Shown here one piece after another: positions 54,384-63,853 of a stretch of DNA of 64,000 nucleotides. Numbering within the stretch: position 1 is the first letter of the stretch; each line of letters opens with the position of its first letter. The notes under the pieces are model-generated. The model was not told where the DNA came from. It saw only the letters and a program-made list of their open reading frames with translations, and did not search any database. The DNA is from a virus (taxonomy: Duplodnaviria > Caudoviricetes). Location: positions 1 through 64,000 of the IMG/VR virus record IMGVR_UViG_2974778606_000001. One strand, given 5' to 3'. The position numbers and the translations under genes were made by a program.

Positions 54384-55590
54384 GGCAAAGCTCATCAACT
54401 CCATTTGCCGTTCAAAGCAAGTGGGAACCCTGCTCGCTGATAATGTCGATGACCTCTTTGTAGTGTACAAGGACATCTGGATTGGACTGCGTAAGTATTA
54501 CATGCAGTTCAAGGCAATTCCAGATGTCTCTGTGCTTCAGGAGCGATATGCTCTACTGGAGGACATTGATGTTAAGGGCGAACCTGAGTTCTACCTAGAC
54601 GAACTCAAGGGGGAATATCTTCGAAGCCGTATGGTTAGCATCATGGGCAAGGCAGACGAATTTCTCGAAAGGGAAGCGCCTGCTAGGGTTCTGGCAAAGC
54701 TAACGGCTGAGCTTGGTAAGCTGAACAAGTTCACCAACAACGTACGAGACCTGAACCTGACAGATATCGAATCTGCCGAAAGGCACTTTGAGTCTGTTCG
54801 AGAGCGCGCGGCAGCAAATGGTTCACCTGGTATTCCTACAGGTATTAAGGCTATTGACGCTGCATATCCTACTGGTATGGCTCCTGGTCACCTAATCGTG
54901 GCTATCGGCTGGCCTGGTAAGGGTAAGACTTGGTTCACATCCTACCTTGCTTGCAAGGCTTGGGAGCGGGGATTCAAGCCAATGATTGTCTCTCTTGAGA
55001 TGAGTCCTGAGAACATGCGTGACCGAATCTATACTCTTATGGGTTCTGGTCTGTTCTCTGCAACGGACTTTGCTCGTGGTCAGGTCGACATTGACAACTT
55101 CCGTGCCTGGGGACAGAAGAAGCTGGTCAACAAGCCAGACTTTGTTATCGTCTCAAATGAGGGCGTTGGCGATGTGACTCCTAACACTGTTCAGGCTAAG
55201 ATTGAGCAGCATCGTCCAGACATTGTAATCTGTGACTATCATCAGCTATTCACGAACAACAACCGAAGCAACTCTCCTGTAGAGCGAGCAATGGGCGTCT
55301 CTCGTGAATTCAAGCAGCTTGCAATCACGAATAACATTCCTCTGATTGACATCACTGCCGCAACGGCTGACGACACGAACAGCACCAAGACTGCTCCGAT
55401 GCTGAACCAGGTTGCCTGGTCAAAGGCTATCGAGTATGATGCTGACATGGCCTTTGCAGTTCACCGTGACCCTGACAGTGGCCTCATGCAGGTCATTTGC
55501 AGGAAGAATCGTCATGGCTCAGACTTCGAGTTTGAGATTGACGCAGACCTCGACAAGGGTGTCTGGAAGGAATCCTACGGCGGTTTCTGA
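54370..55590 (+). CDS. dnaB: DnaB-like replicative helicase
   Basis: GWPGKGKT Walker A, SLEMS, ICDYHQL, IEYDAD, KNRHG. Confidence 0.92.
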   Translation: MASTEAKLINSICRSKQVGTLLADNVDDLFVVYKDIWIGLRKYYMQFKAIPDVSVLQERYALLEDIDVKGEPEFYLDELKGEYLRSRMVSIMGKADEFLEREAPARVLAKLTAELGKLNKFTNNVRDLNLTDIESAERHFESVRERAAANGSPGIPTGIKAIDAAYPTGMAPGHLIVAIGWPGKGKTWFTSYLACKAWERGFKPMIVSLEMSPENMRDRIYTLMGSGLFSATDFARGQVDIDNFRAWGQKKLVNKPDFVIVSNEGVGDVTPNTVQAKIEQHRPDIVICDYHQLFTNNNRSNSPVERAMGVSREFKQLAITNNIPLIDITAATADDTNSTKTAPMLNQVAWSKAIEYDADMAFAVHRDPDSGLMQVICRKNRHGSDFEFEIDADLDKGVWKESYGGF

Positions 55591-55886
55591 TGCACAGCAA
55601 TGTCAAAAGGTTTCAGGTGGACGGTATCATCAATGATGATGCTGATTTTCCACGGCTGAGGACACACTACGAACATTTGCTGGTTAAAGAAATGCGCGGT
55701 ACTGGATATGTACCAGTCCTTGATTTGGGTCCATACTTCTCAACTGAATATAGGGAAGACAATAAATATAATTTCGTAGTAACCGCTTATGGGATATATG
55801 TTGGGAGGAGAAAGTCTTGGGAAATTCATGGGATAGTGAATGGTCAAATGGTCTTAATGACTACACAGCAGAACAAATCGAAGTAG
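55590..55886 (+). CDS. Hypothetical protein
   Basis: 98 aa between helicase and primase. Confidence 0.7.
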   Translation: MHSNVKRFQVDGIINDDADFPRLRTHYEHLLVKEMRGTGYVPVLDLGPYFSTEYREDNKYNFVVTAYGIYVGRRKSWEIHGIVNGQMVLMTTQQNKSK

Positions 55887-56881
55887 TCATTCAGGGCATT
55901 GGTGTAGAGGTGGAAGGCGAGACGGGAAACGACTTTTTGTGCTACTGCCCATTTCACGGTAACACGGATACCCCAAGCTTCTCCGTCTCAAAGCGTAATG
56001 GTACGTATATCTGCTTCAATGCTGCCTGCGCAGAACAGGGTAATCTGACTGGTCTGGTGCAGCGTATGAGAAAGTGCAATGTGATGGAGGCACTGCGCTT
56101 CATCACTAAGCACAAGGAAAGCAAGCACGTTACGCTTGCTGAGCGTCGGAAGAAGAGGGCTCTGAGTGCAGGAGATTTCACAATCTTTCCTGACGAGCCA
56201 TTCAACCGAATGTATGAAGATTTCTGGAAGTATCCAGAGGCTGTAAGGTACATGGTGGAGGACAGAGGATTCGAAGAGGAAACTCTCGAACACTTCCGAA
56301 TTGGTTATTCTGTAAAGAACGACATGGTAATTGTTCCCATGCATTCTCCTGATGGAAAGCACGTGGGTCTGATTGGTCGTTCAATTGAGGGTAAGCGATT
56401 CAAGAATTCACCAGGTCTTCCTGTTTCACGAACCATGTGGAATCTGAACAGGGCAAGGGCGGCCGGTGATGCAGTAGTAGTTACTGAAGCATCGTTCGAC
56501 AGTATGAGAGTCCATCAAGCTGGTTATCCCTGTACGGTAGCTTTGCTAGGTGGTCACCTCAGTACAATCCATATTGAGCTGTTCAACAGGTACTTCAACA
56601 CTATCATCATCATGACTGATTTTGATAATAAGGAAGACCACATTTCTCCAGTATGTAAGAAATGTCGTGGTAAGTGTACAGGTCACAATCCAGGACGAGA
56701 CCTTGGAAAGGCCATTGCAGAGGCGCTTCCTCGAAAGAGGATTAAGTGGGCCTCGTATGGCTACAAAGAGGTTTATCCTAATGCAGCAAAGGATGCTGGC
56801 GCTCTGGATGACAAGGAAATCAAAGCCTGTATTCAGGGTGCAGTCTCCAACTTTGAGTACCGCAGGTGGGGCTTGTACTAA
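55817..56881 (+). CDS. dnaG: DnaG-like primase
   Basis: CPFH..TPSF...C...C zinc finger; TOPRIM TEASFDS, MTDFD, KDAG. Confidence 0.9.
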   Translation: MGNSWDSEWSNGLNDYTAEQIEVVIQGIGVEVEGETGNDFLCYCPFHGNTDTPSFSVSKRNGTYICFNAACAEQGNLTGLVQRMRKCNVMEALRFITKHKESKHVTLAERRKKRALSAGDFTIFPDEPFNRMYEDFWKYPEAVRYMVEDRGFEEETLEHFRIGYSVKNDMVIVPMHSPDGKHVGLIGRSIEGKRFKNSPGLPVSRTMWNLNRARAAGDAVVVTEASFDSMRVHQAGYPCTVALLGGHLSTIHIELFNRYFNTIIIMTDFDNKEDHISPVCKKCRGKCTGHNPGRDLGKAIAEALPRKRIKWASYGYKEVYPNAAKDAGALDDKEIKACIQGAVSNFEYRRWGLY

Positions 56882-56954
56882 AGCCTCTATGCTGCTACAA
56901 TAGACATTAGCAGGCTCTGAGTAGCCTCAAATTACACAGGAGATTATAAACTAA

Positions 56955-57725
56955 ATGGGAACTCTAAAAGGACTAGCTGCAATTCGTGCCTACACTGAGA
57001 AGCAGGCGCAGGCGGCAAAGGAACGTGAAGACCGTCTTAATGCACCAAAGGTTGAGTATCTGAACCTGAGCGATGGTCAGAGCGTCCGGGTACGTTTCCT
57101 TCAGGAAATGGACCCGGAATCAGAGAACTACGACAAGACTCGTGGAACCGGTACCCTTGCCGTTGAGCACGTAGTCTTCGTAAAGTCTCTACGAAGGATG
57201 TACCGAGCAACTTGCACCATTGAGGACGAAGGCCGTTGCTACGGCTGTGAGCGTGCTCGTGCTGGTGACAAGGAATTCGCACAGAAGCGCAACTACTACA
57301 TCAATGCACTTGTTGACTTCATGGACGGCGAAGCACCAAAGACCATGATTGTTTCCCGAGGAATGGGTTCAACATTCTTCGCTCAGCTATTCGAAGAGGC
57401 TGAGGAGGGCACTATCACGGAGTCCAATTACAAGATTACTCGTAAGGGTTCTGGTACGGACACCAAGTGGCTTCTAAAGGTTCTTCCAAAGGATGAGCCT
57501 CTGGATGACAGTGAGGCTGTCGTTCACGACATTGACGACGAGAAGAACGGTATCATCAGGAGCTTCCCTTACGAGGCAACCAATGAGAAGGCTTCTCAGG
57601 AGCAGTACTTCAATGGCGAGACCTACAATGACACAAAGAGTGAAGACTCTGAGTCAAGGGAAGTAAACTCAAAGGCAGCTTCAACGTCTGGTGGCGCAAG
57701 CTACGACATGAATCAGTCCTGGTAA
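56955..57725 (+). CDS. Single-stranded DNA-binding protein (gp32-like)
   Basis: LSDGQSVRVRFL, CYGCE, YKITRKGSGTDT; acidic tail. Confidence 0.7.
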   Translation: MGTLKGLAAIRAYTEKQAQAAKEREDRLNAPKVEYLNLSDGQSVRVRFLQEMDPESENYDKTRGTGTLAVEHVVFVKSLRRMYRATCTIEDEGRCYGCERARAGDKEFAQKRNYYINALVDFMDGEAPKTMIVSRGMGSTFFAQLFEEAEEGTITESNYKITRKGSGTDTKWLLKVLPKDEPLDDSEAVVHDIDDEKNGIIRSFPYEATNEKASQEQYFNGETYNDTKSEDSESREVNSKAASTSGGASYDMNQSW

Positions 57726-57736
57726 CACAACTTGTG

Positions 57737-57770
57737 AGACGCCCCGCTTCGGCGGGGCTTCTTGCGTCTC
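57737..57770 (+). terminator. Intrinsic terminator
   Basis: GCCCCGC-TTCG-GCGGGGC-TTCTT. Confidence 0.7.
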
Positions 57771-57818
57771 TGACCTTGGTCTGCTAGGATGGACCTACAA
57801 CAACAAGGAAGGTAATCA

Positions 57819-60800
57819 ATGAAGCAGCCTGTTGAACTTCACCTTCACGATGATTATTCATCCATGGACGGAACCAATACCGCAGCAGAGTATATGGTCC
57901 GAGCCAAGGAACTAGGGATGACGCATCTTGCCCAAACAAATCACGGTACCCTTGGTGGTCACCGCGCGTTTCAGCAAGCTGCACGTGAGGCTGGTATTGT
58001 TCCAATTCTGGGAGTAGAGGCTTACATTTCTCCCACTGACCGTTTTGACAAGCGCTCCAAGGCGTCTCGTTCAGACGGCACCAATGCGTATAACCACCTT
58101 ATCGTTCTGGCTCAGAACGAGACTGGTCTACAGACTCTCAACCGAATCAACCGTATTGCATGGACCGAAGGCTTTTACTCAAAGCCTCGTATCGATATGG
58201 AGGTTCTGGAGAACGACAATGAGGGTCTGATTGTTCTGTCAGGTTGTCTGAATGGACTTATCTGTAAGGCAATTGAGCGAGGCGAGCTTGAAGAGGCTAT
58301 GGCTATTGCCGACCGATTCAAGGGAATCCTTGGCGACCGATTCTTCATTGAGGTTCAAGGTCACAATCCTGTCGAGATGAATGAGGCACTGTTCCACATT
58401 GCTGACACCAAGGGCATCAAGCCTGTTGTCACAAGTGACTGCCACTACGCTCGTAAGGAAGACCTGTGGATTCAGGAAGCAATGCTTATCCTGAGCACGA
58501 ATCCTAAGAAGAACAAGGACGCTGAGCTTTCCAAGTCACAGAAGATGGATATGCTTGAGCGGTTCAACTATCTGTACCCTGACCGCAAGATGACCTTTGA
58601 GCAGATTGAGATTTACCTCCACTCTGCTGAGGAGCACCGTGCGGCATTCAAGGCACAGGGATTTGACCGTGAGGACATTATCGACAACACGCACGTAGTT
58701 GCGAGCATGATTGGCGATTATCCATTTCATCAGGGGCTAGACCTTCTGCCTAGGCCGAAGGAAGGCACTCCTGATGAGCTTCTGGAGAAGAAGGCCCGGC
58801 AGGGATTGAAGGACCGTGGCTTTGGTGATAACAAGCAGTACATTGAGCGTCTTGAAGAAGAACTCGAAATCATCAAGTCAAAGGACTTCTCTACCTACTT
58901 CCTCATCGTTGAGGACATGATTTCTTGGGCGAAGTCTCAGGGAATTCTGGTCGGTCCTGGTCGTGGTTCTGGTGCTGGCTCCCTTGTGAACTATGCACTT
59001 GGAATTACTGAGGTTGACCCAATTGTGGACAACCTGCTGTTTTTCCGATTCATCAACCCTGAGCGTAATGACTTCCCTGATATCGACACTGACTTTGAGG
59101 ACGTTCGTCGTGGTGAGGTCAAGGAATACCTTCGAAAGAAGTATGGTCACGTTGCATCCATTGCGACGTTTGGTTACTTCAAGGACAAGGTGGTTGTAAA
59201 GGACGCTGCACGTGTCTTCTGCATCCCTATTGGTGAAGTGAACCGTGCCCTGAAGTATGTGGAGACGTGGGAGCAATTCCTTACCTCTCCTACTACTGAG
59301 GACTTCCGTAAGAAGTATCCTGAAGTCATTAAGCTGGGAGAGCGTCTTCGTGGTCGTATTCGTCAGACGGGTATGCACGCGGCCGGTGTGGTAATTGCGA
59401 ATCAGCCTCTGGCCAACTTCGCACCCATCGAAACCGCAAAGGACCCTAACGACCCTGACGGCCCTCGCATCCCTCTTGTGGCCATGGACATGGACCAGGC
59501 AGCAGACCTCGGTCTGGTAAAGCTTGATGCTCTTGGCCTTAAGACTCTCAGCATCATCAGGGACTCTCTTGAGATGATTAAGGAGCGTCACGGAAAGGAA
59601 ATCGACCTAAACAGCATTCCCCTGACTGACAGCCGTGTGTACGCAATGCTTTCAGAGGGATACACCAAGGGTGTGTTCCAGTGTGAAGCCCAGGCATACA
59701 CAAAGCTGATTATCAAGATGGGCGGTATCAAGAACTTCGATGAGCTGGCAGCGTCTAACGCTCTTGTTCGTCCTGGTGCAATGAATACCATTGGTGCTGA
59801 GTACATCGCTCGAAAGAACGGAAAGTCTCCTGTAAAGTATCACCACTTTGAGATGAAGCCATTCACCTCAGAGACTTATGGTGAGATTCTGTATCAGGAG
59901 CAGGTCATGCTTACCATGACGGAATTGGCCGGTATGAAGATGGCCACTGCCGACAAGGTACGTAAGATTATTGGTAAGAAGAAGGATGCACGAGAGTTCG
60001 ACCAGTACAGGGAAGAATTCCTTGAAGGCGCGAGTAAGAAGGTTCATCCTGCCGTTGCTGAAAAGCTTTGGCACGACTTCGAGGCTCACGCTGGATACTC
60101 CTTCAACAAGTCTCACGCCATTGCATATAGTCGCCTCAGCTACTACACTGCATGGCTGAAGAAGCACTATCCTCTGGAGTTCATGTGTGCTACGCTCAGG
60201 AATGAAGGAGACAAGGATGCTCTGACTGAGTACCTGATTGAGGCAAAGCGTATGGGAATCAAGATGTTGCTCCCTCACGTCAATGTCTCAGGAGTCAACT
60301 TTGAAATTGAAGGTGACGCCATTCGATTCGGTCTGACGAACATCAAGTTCATTCGTGAGCCTGGTGCTCTGAGGCTGATGGAATATCGCCCATTCACCTC
60401 GTATGCTGACCTGTATGCCAAGGTTACAGAAAAGGGGAATGGACTCAGCACAAGGACGCTTACAGGTCTTAATGCAATTGGAGCAGCCGCATTCGAGGAC
60501 CATCCTCGTACAGGTGAGGAGCGAGAGAACTTCTATGAGTATCTTCGCATCCCTGCCTTCGAGCTTAAGTTCATTCCTCCAAAGGTCAGGGCTCAGTTCA
60601 CTGACCTTGAAGACTACAAGGACAAGGGCGCTTTCTGTGTCCTTGCCATGGTCAGGGGAATTAAGCGCGGCGAAGGGTGGGCTCGTGTAGACCTGATTGA
60701 CGAGACTGGAACTGCTGGAGTGTTCACCAATCCAGAGACTCCTATCGAGTCTGGTCAGATGTATGCTATCCTGGTATCTGACAACAGGGTTGCGAGGTTT

Positions 60801-61103
60801 GCAACCATGGACGAGCTGATTAACAGGATTCCTAACGGCTTCGTTGACTATCTGTATGCGAGTGAGTACGGTGATATTCCTGACGGAATGTACAAGGTGC
60901 TTGCTTTCCAGCGGTACATCACGAAGGCGAAGAAGACCATGGCATACACGACCATCTGCGATTCAGAAAAGAATCTGTATCCTGTTATGGCCTTCCCTAC
61001 CATGTTCCACAAGGCATATGGTAAGTGCAAGGATGGCGCAGTGATTGATGCTATTCTGAAGCAGACGCAGGAAGGTAGCTGGTTCTACGACAACATCCTG
61101 TAA
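57819..61103 (+). CDS. dnaG-adjacent dnaE: DNA polymerase III alpha subunit
   Basis: PHP domain HLHDDYS, GPGRGSGAGSLV, PDIDTDF, HAAGVV, KLDALGL, YSFNKSH. Confidence 0.95.
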   Translation: MKQPVELHLHDDYSSMDGTNTAAEYMVRAKELGMTHLAQTNHGTLGGHRAFQQAAREAGIVPILGVEAYISPTDRFDKRSKASRSDGTNAYNHLIVLAQNETGLQTLNRINRIAWTEGFYSKPRIDMEVLENDNEGLIVLSGCLNGLICKAIERGELEEAMAIADRFKGILGDRFFIEVQGHNPVEMNEALFHIADTKGIKPVVTSDCHYARKEDLWIQEAMLILSTNPKKNKDAELSKSQKMDMLERFNYLYPDRKMTFEQIEIYLHSAEEHRAAFKAQGFDREDIIDNTHVVASMIGDYPFHQGLDLLPRPKEGTPDELLEKKARQGLKDRGFGDNKQYIERLEEELEIIKSKDFSTYFLIVEDMISWAKSQGILVGPGRGSGAGSLVNYALGITEVDPIVDNLLFFRFINPERNDFPDIDTDFEDVRRGEVKEYLRKKYGHVASIATFGYFKDKVVVKDAARVFCIPIGEVNRALKYVETWEQFLTSPTTEDFRKKYPEVIKLGERLRGRIRQTGMHAAGVVIANQPLANFAPIETAKDPNDPDGPRIPLVAMDMDQAADLGLVKLDALGLKTLSIIRDSLEMIKERHGKEIDLNSIPLTDSRVYAMLSEGYTKGVFQCEAQAYTKLIIKMGGIKNFDELAASNALVRPGAMNTIGAEYIARKNGKSPVKYHHFEMKPFTSETYGEILYQEQVMLTMTELAGMKMATADKVRKIIGKKKDAREFDQYREEFLEGASKKVHPAVAEKLWHDFEAHAGYSFNKSHAIAYSRLSYYTAWLKKHYPLEFMCATLRNEGDKDALTEYLIEAKRMGIKMLLPHVNVSGVNFEIEGDAIRFGLTNIKFIREPGALRLMEYRPFTSYADLYAKVTEKGNGLSTRTLTGLNAIGAAAFEDHPRTGEERENFYEYLRIPAFELKFIPPKVRAQFTDLEDYKDKGAFCVLAMVRGIKRGEGWARVDLIDETGTAGVFTNPETPIESGQMYAILVSDNRVARFATMDELINRIPNGFVDYLYASEYGDIPDGMYKVLAFQRYITKAKKTMAYTTICDSEKNLYPVMAFPTMFHKAYGKCKDGAVIDAILKQTQEGSWFYDNIL

Positions 61104-61111
61104 GGAGTAAA

Positions 61112-61294
61112 ATGAATGAGGCAGTAACTCCAGAAGACATTCTGAGATTGCTGCTCATCGCTAACGGCCCTGTCACTATCTCTGCTGAGGAGATGGACAG
61201 GGCCCTACGTGATGACACGCATTATCAAGTGGCCGTAAGCTACGAGCCATTCAAAGAAGAGTTTACAATACACCTGACTACGGAGAATGAATGA
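61112..61294 (+). CDS. Hypothetical protein
   Basis: 60 aa; AAGGAG RBS. Confidence 0.65.
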   Translation: MNEAVTPEDILRLLLIANGPVTISAEEMDRALRDDTHYQVAVSYEPFKEEFTIHLTTENE

Positions 61295-61641
61295 ACGACC
61301 TGTCAATGACTGATTACCAGATGGCTGCCGCTGAGACTGGCATCTATCCTGGTCATGGCGAAGCTACCACTGAGGCAATTGGATACACTGTTCTTGGCCT
61401 GGTGGGAGAAGCTGGTGAAATCGCCAATGGATTCAAGAAGTCAATCCGAGATGAGAATGGCGTAGTGACGGCTGAAAAGGCACAGGCACTGGCTGCTGAG
61501 CTGGGAGATGTGCTTTGGTATGTTGCCAATCTTGCCAATGAGCTTGGATACCCGCTTGAGCTAATCGCCAAGCAGAATCTCCAAAAGCTAAAGTCTCGAC
61601 AGGCACGAGGTGTGATTCAGGGTAGCGGAGACAACCGCTAA
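61291..61641 (+). CDS. MazG-like nucleotide pyrophosphohydrolase
   Basis: LGLVGEAGE, ELGDVLWY, NLQKLKSR...GSGDNR. Confidence 0.88.
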   Translation: MNDLSMTDYQMAAAETGIYPGHGEATTEAIGYTVLGLVGEAGEIANGFKKSIRDENGVVTAEKAQALAAELGDVLWYVANLANELGYPLELIAKQNLQKLKSRQARGVIQGSGDNR

Positions 61642-61657
61642 CTGATATACTGGGCCT

Positions 61658-61858
61658 ATGAGCACAGAAGCATATTTCCTCCAAGGGGTAGAAGACGAAC
61701 ATCTACTGGTGTTTCGTGGAAACTCTGCGGAGGAAATTTTGTTTATCATTAAGCGGTTGGCCGCCTGCCGCGATAAAGAAATAAAGGCAATGGCAAGAAA
61801 ACTTGAAGAAGAATGGAATCGAAGAGAATATGGAAATAGAAGAGGAGATTCTAGCTAA
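61658..61858 (+). CDS. Hypothetical protein (leaderless)
   Basis: TATACT-6nt-ATG. Confidence 0.6.
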   Translation: MSTEAYFLQGVEDEHLLVFRGNSAEEILFIIKRLAACRDKEIKAMARKLEEEWNRREYGNRRGDSS

Positions 61859-62834
61859 GCTAAGCCCAAAGGTTCTGTCACGAGCTAAGATGGCACACGA
61901 AGTGCAATTGATGAAGCAGCCCACTCCAAGTACAGGGCTGAATTCTGCATTGCGTGGTGGCATTGGATATGGTCGTCAGACTCTGATTTGGGGAAGCAAG
62001 TCAGCAGGAAAGTCAACATTCTGTCTAGGCACCCTAGGACTTGCACAGGCGGCCGGTAAGAGAGCGGCCTTCATTGATGCAGAACAGTCCTTTGACCCCT
62101 CCTGGGCAGAACGTCTAGGAGTAGACACAAGAAAGCTTATCTATACTGACGTAAAGACAATCGAAGACATGGTAAGTGCAGGAGTGGAGTTCATGAAGGC
62201 TGGCATTGATATTGTCACTGTTGACTCAATCTCAGCGCTACTGTCTTCAGCGTACTTTGAAAAGGATAAGAAGAACGACGAACTTAAGGAGCTTTCTGGC
62301 ACAAAGCAGATTGGTTCCGAGGCTCGTGAGCTAGCTAATGGCGTAAAGATGCTGAACTACGCCAACAAGAATACTGCTCTGATTCTCATTTCTCAGGTTC
62401 GTAACAAGATTACGACCTATGGAGCGATGCATCAGGCGACTGGTGGCCATGCGGTAGACTTCTTCAGTTCTACTGTCATCAAGCTATGGAGTTCTGCCAG
62501 AGATGATGACCAGATTAAGGGCGAAGTCTACAACGGAGACCTTGTTCTCAAGCAGCCAATCGGCCGAAAGGTCATCTGGAACATTGACAAGAACAAGCTC
62601 GGTCCACCTAACAGGTCTGGCGAATACGGTCTGTTCTACGATGGAGATTTCATTGGAATTGACCAGGTTGGTGAAGCGGTTGACCTAGGAGTAGCCCTTG
62701 GCATCGTGAACAAGTCAGGAAACTGGCTTACCTATGGTGACCTCAAGGTAAACGGCAAGGACAGCTTTACCATCCAGCTCAGACAGCAGCCAGAATTGGC
62801 AGAAAAGTTGGTCGGTGAGGTAGAGGCTTCATGA
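61830..62834 (+). CDS. recA: RecA/UvsX-like recombinase
   Basis: GSKSAGKST, FIDAEQ, VDSISAL, ISQVR, TGGHA, KNK. Confidence 0.9.
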   Translation: MEIEEEILAKLSPKVLSRAKMAHEVQLMKQPTPSTGLNSALRGGIGYGRQTLIWGSKSAGKSTFCLGTLGLAQAAGKRAAFIDAEQSFDPSWAERLGVDTRKLIYTDVKTIEDMVSAGVEFMKAGIDIVTVDSISALLSSAYFEKDKKNDELKELSGTKQIGSEARELANGVKMLNYANKNTALILISQVRNKITTYGAMHQATGGHAVDFFSSTVIKLWSSARDDDQIKGEVYNGDLVLKQPIGRKVIWNIDKNKLGPPNRSGEYGLFYDGDFIGIDQVGEAVDLGVALGIVNKSGNWLTYGDLKVNGKDSFTIQLRQQPELAEKLVGEVEAS

Positions 62835-63031
62835 TTAATCCATTCCATCAGCCAGCAGAGAAGCCCGTCGATGACATTCCACAGGGTATCGTCATCGACG
62901 GCACCTTTGTCTGTATGACATGTGGCGAGACTTGTGATGAGGCAGAATACTTCCCTGTGGAAAAGATTTTGGTATGGCTGTGTTCAGACGAACACAAGTC
63001 AGCTATCGAAGGGTTCAATCTAGGTGTCTGA
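62831..63031 (+). CDS. Small zinc-binding protein
   Basis: CMTC...CSDEH. Confidence 0.6.
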   Translation: MINPFHQPAEKPVDDIPQGIVIDGTFVCMTCGETCDEAEYFPVEKILVWLCSDEHKSAIEGFNLGV

Positions 63032-63344
63032 AGAAAACGAAATCAGAAGAGACGGTGGAAAGGCTCAAAAGAATTCGGGCCGTGGTCAATACCAGAAGGG
63101 CGACGCCAAGCTTGGCCCATTCTGTTATGACATCAAGGAGTATGCCAATTCTTTCAGTGTCAGCAAAACGTCCTGGGGCAAGGTTTGCACTGATGCCTTC
63201 AAGTCTGGTAGGATGATACCTGCACTTAAGCTGGTCCTAGGGGCCGGTAATCAGAAGGTGCGTCTCTGGGTTATTGGAGACGACATGTTCAAGGAAATGC
63301 TAGAAGCATGGGAGGAAAAGTATGGCGAAGCTAGTGAGGGTTGA
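63024..63344 (+). CDS. Holliday-junction resolvase-like PD-(D/E)xK nuclease
   Basis: NSGRG..KGDA....YDIKE...SFSV. Confidence 0.65.
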   Translation: MSEENEIRRDGGKAQKNSGRGQYQKGDAKLGPFCYDIKEYANSFSVSKTSWGKVCTDAFKSGRMIPALKLVLGAGNQKVRLWVIGDDMFKEMLEAWEEKYGEASEG

Positions 63345-63480
63345 GTTTATCCGCAGCCCGAAGGATGGCCAGTGGATGGTCTTTGAAAAGTTTGACGATG
63401 GCAATGAGCAGGGTGGCCGTCGCAGCTACGAAGACATGCAGAAGATTTTCGAAGACATGTTCAGGGACGAAGATGAGTGA
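63322..63480 (+). CDS. Small hypothetical protein (52 aa; not in ORF track)
   Basis: MAKLVRVEFIRSPKDGQW...; GGAGG RBS. Confidence 0.6.
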   Translation: MAKLVRVEFIRSPKDGQWMVFEKFDDGNEQGGRRSYEDMQKIFEDMFRDEDE

Positions 63481-63808
63481 GCCAACACCACTAGAAATCA
63501 TTTCAAAGATTGGTGAGTTCCAGGAGCTTCATGAGTTCATGGACGACCCGGAACTAGATGAGGCTCTTGCCATTCTTGTTCAGGTAATGGTTAATCCAAA
63601 TCTGAAGCCAGAAACCAATCAGCGACTCATTGTCCAGCTACAGGCATACGCAGCTAAGTTCAGCATGCTTGCAGCGATGTATACGACAATCAAGAAGGCT
63701 CCTGCTGGAAGCCCAAACAACTTCAAAAAGAATATCTACTACACAACAGCAGAGTCATTGGACAAGTTGGTACAGGCATTGAAGTACACTTTCAAACTGC
63801 CCTACTGA
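63473..63808 (+). CDS. Hypothetical protein
   Basis: MSEPTPLEII... Confidence 0.7.
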   Translation: MSEPTPLEIISKIGEFQELHEFMDDPELDEALAILVQVMVNPNLKPETNQRLIVQLQAYAAKFSMLAAMYTTIKKAPAGSPNNFKKNIYYTTAESLDKLVQALKYTFKLPY

Positions 63809-63853
63809 TGTGATACAATAATAATCACTAAGAGAAACGGAAACCAACAAAAA

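Noticed and set aside
18692-62834. Inteins or introns in nrdJ, dnaB, dnaE, recA
   Set aside because: Lengths are normal and no splice-junction or homing-endonuclease insertions are seen.
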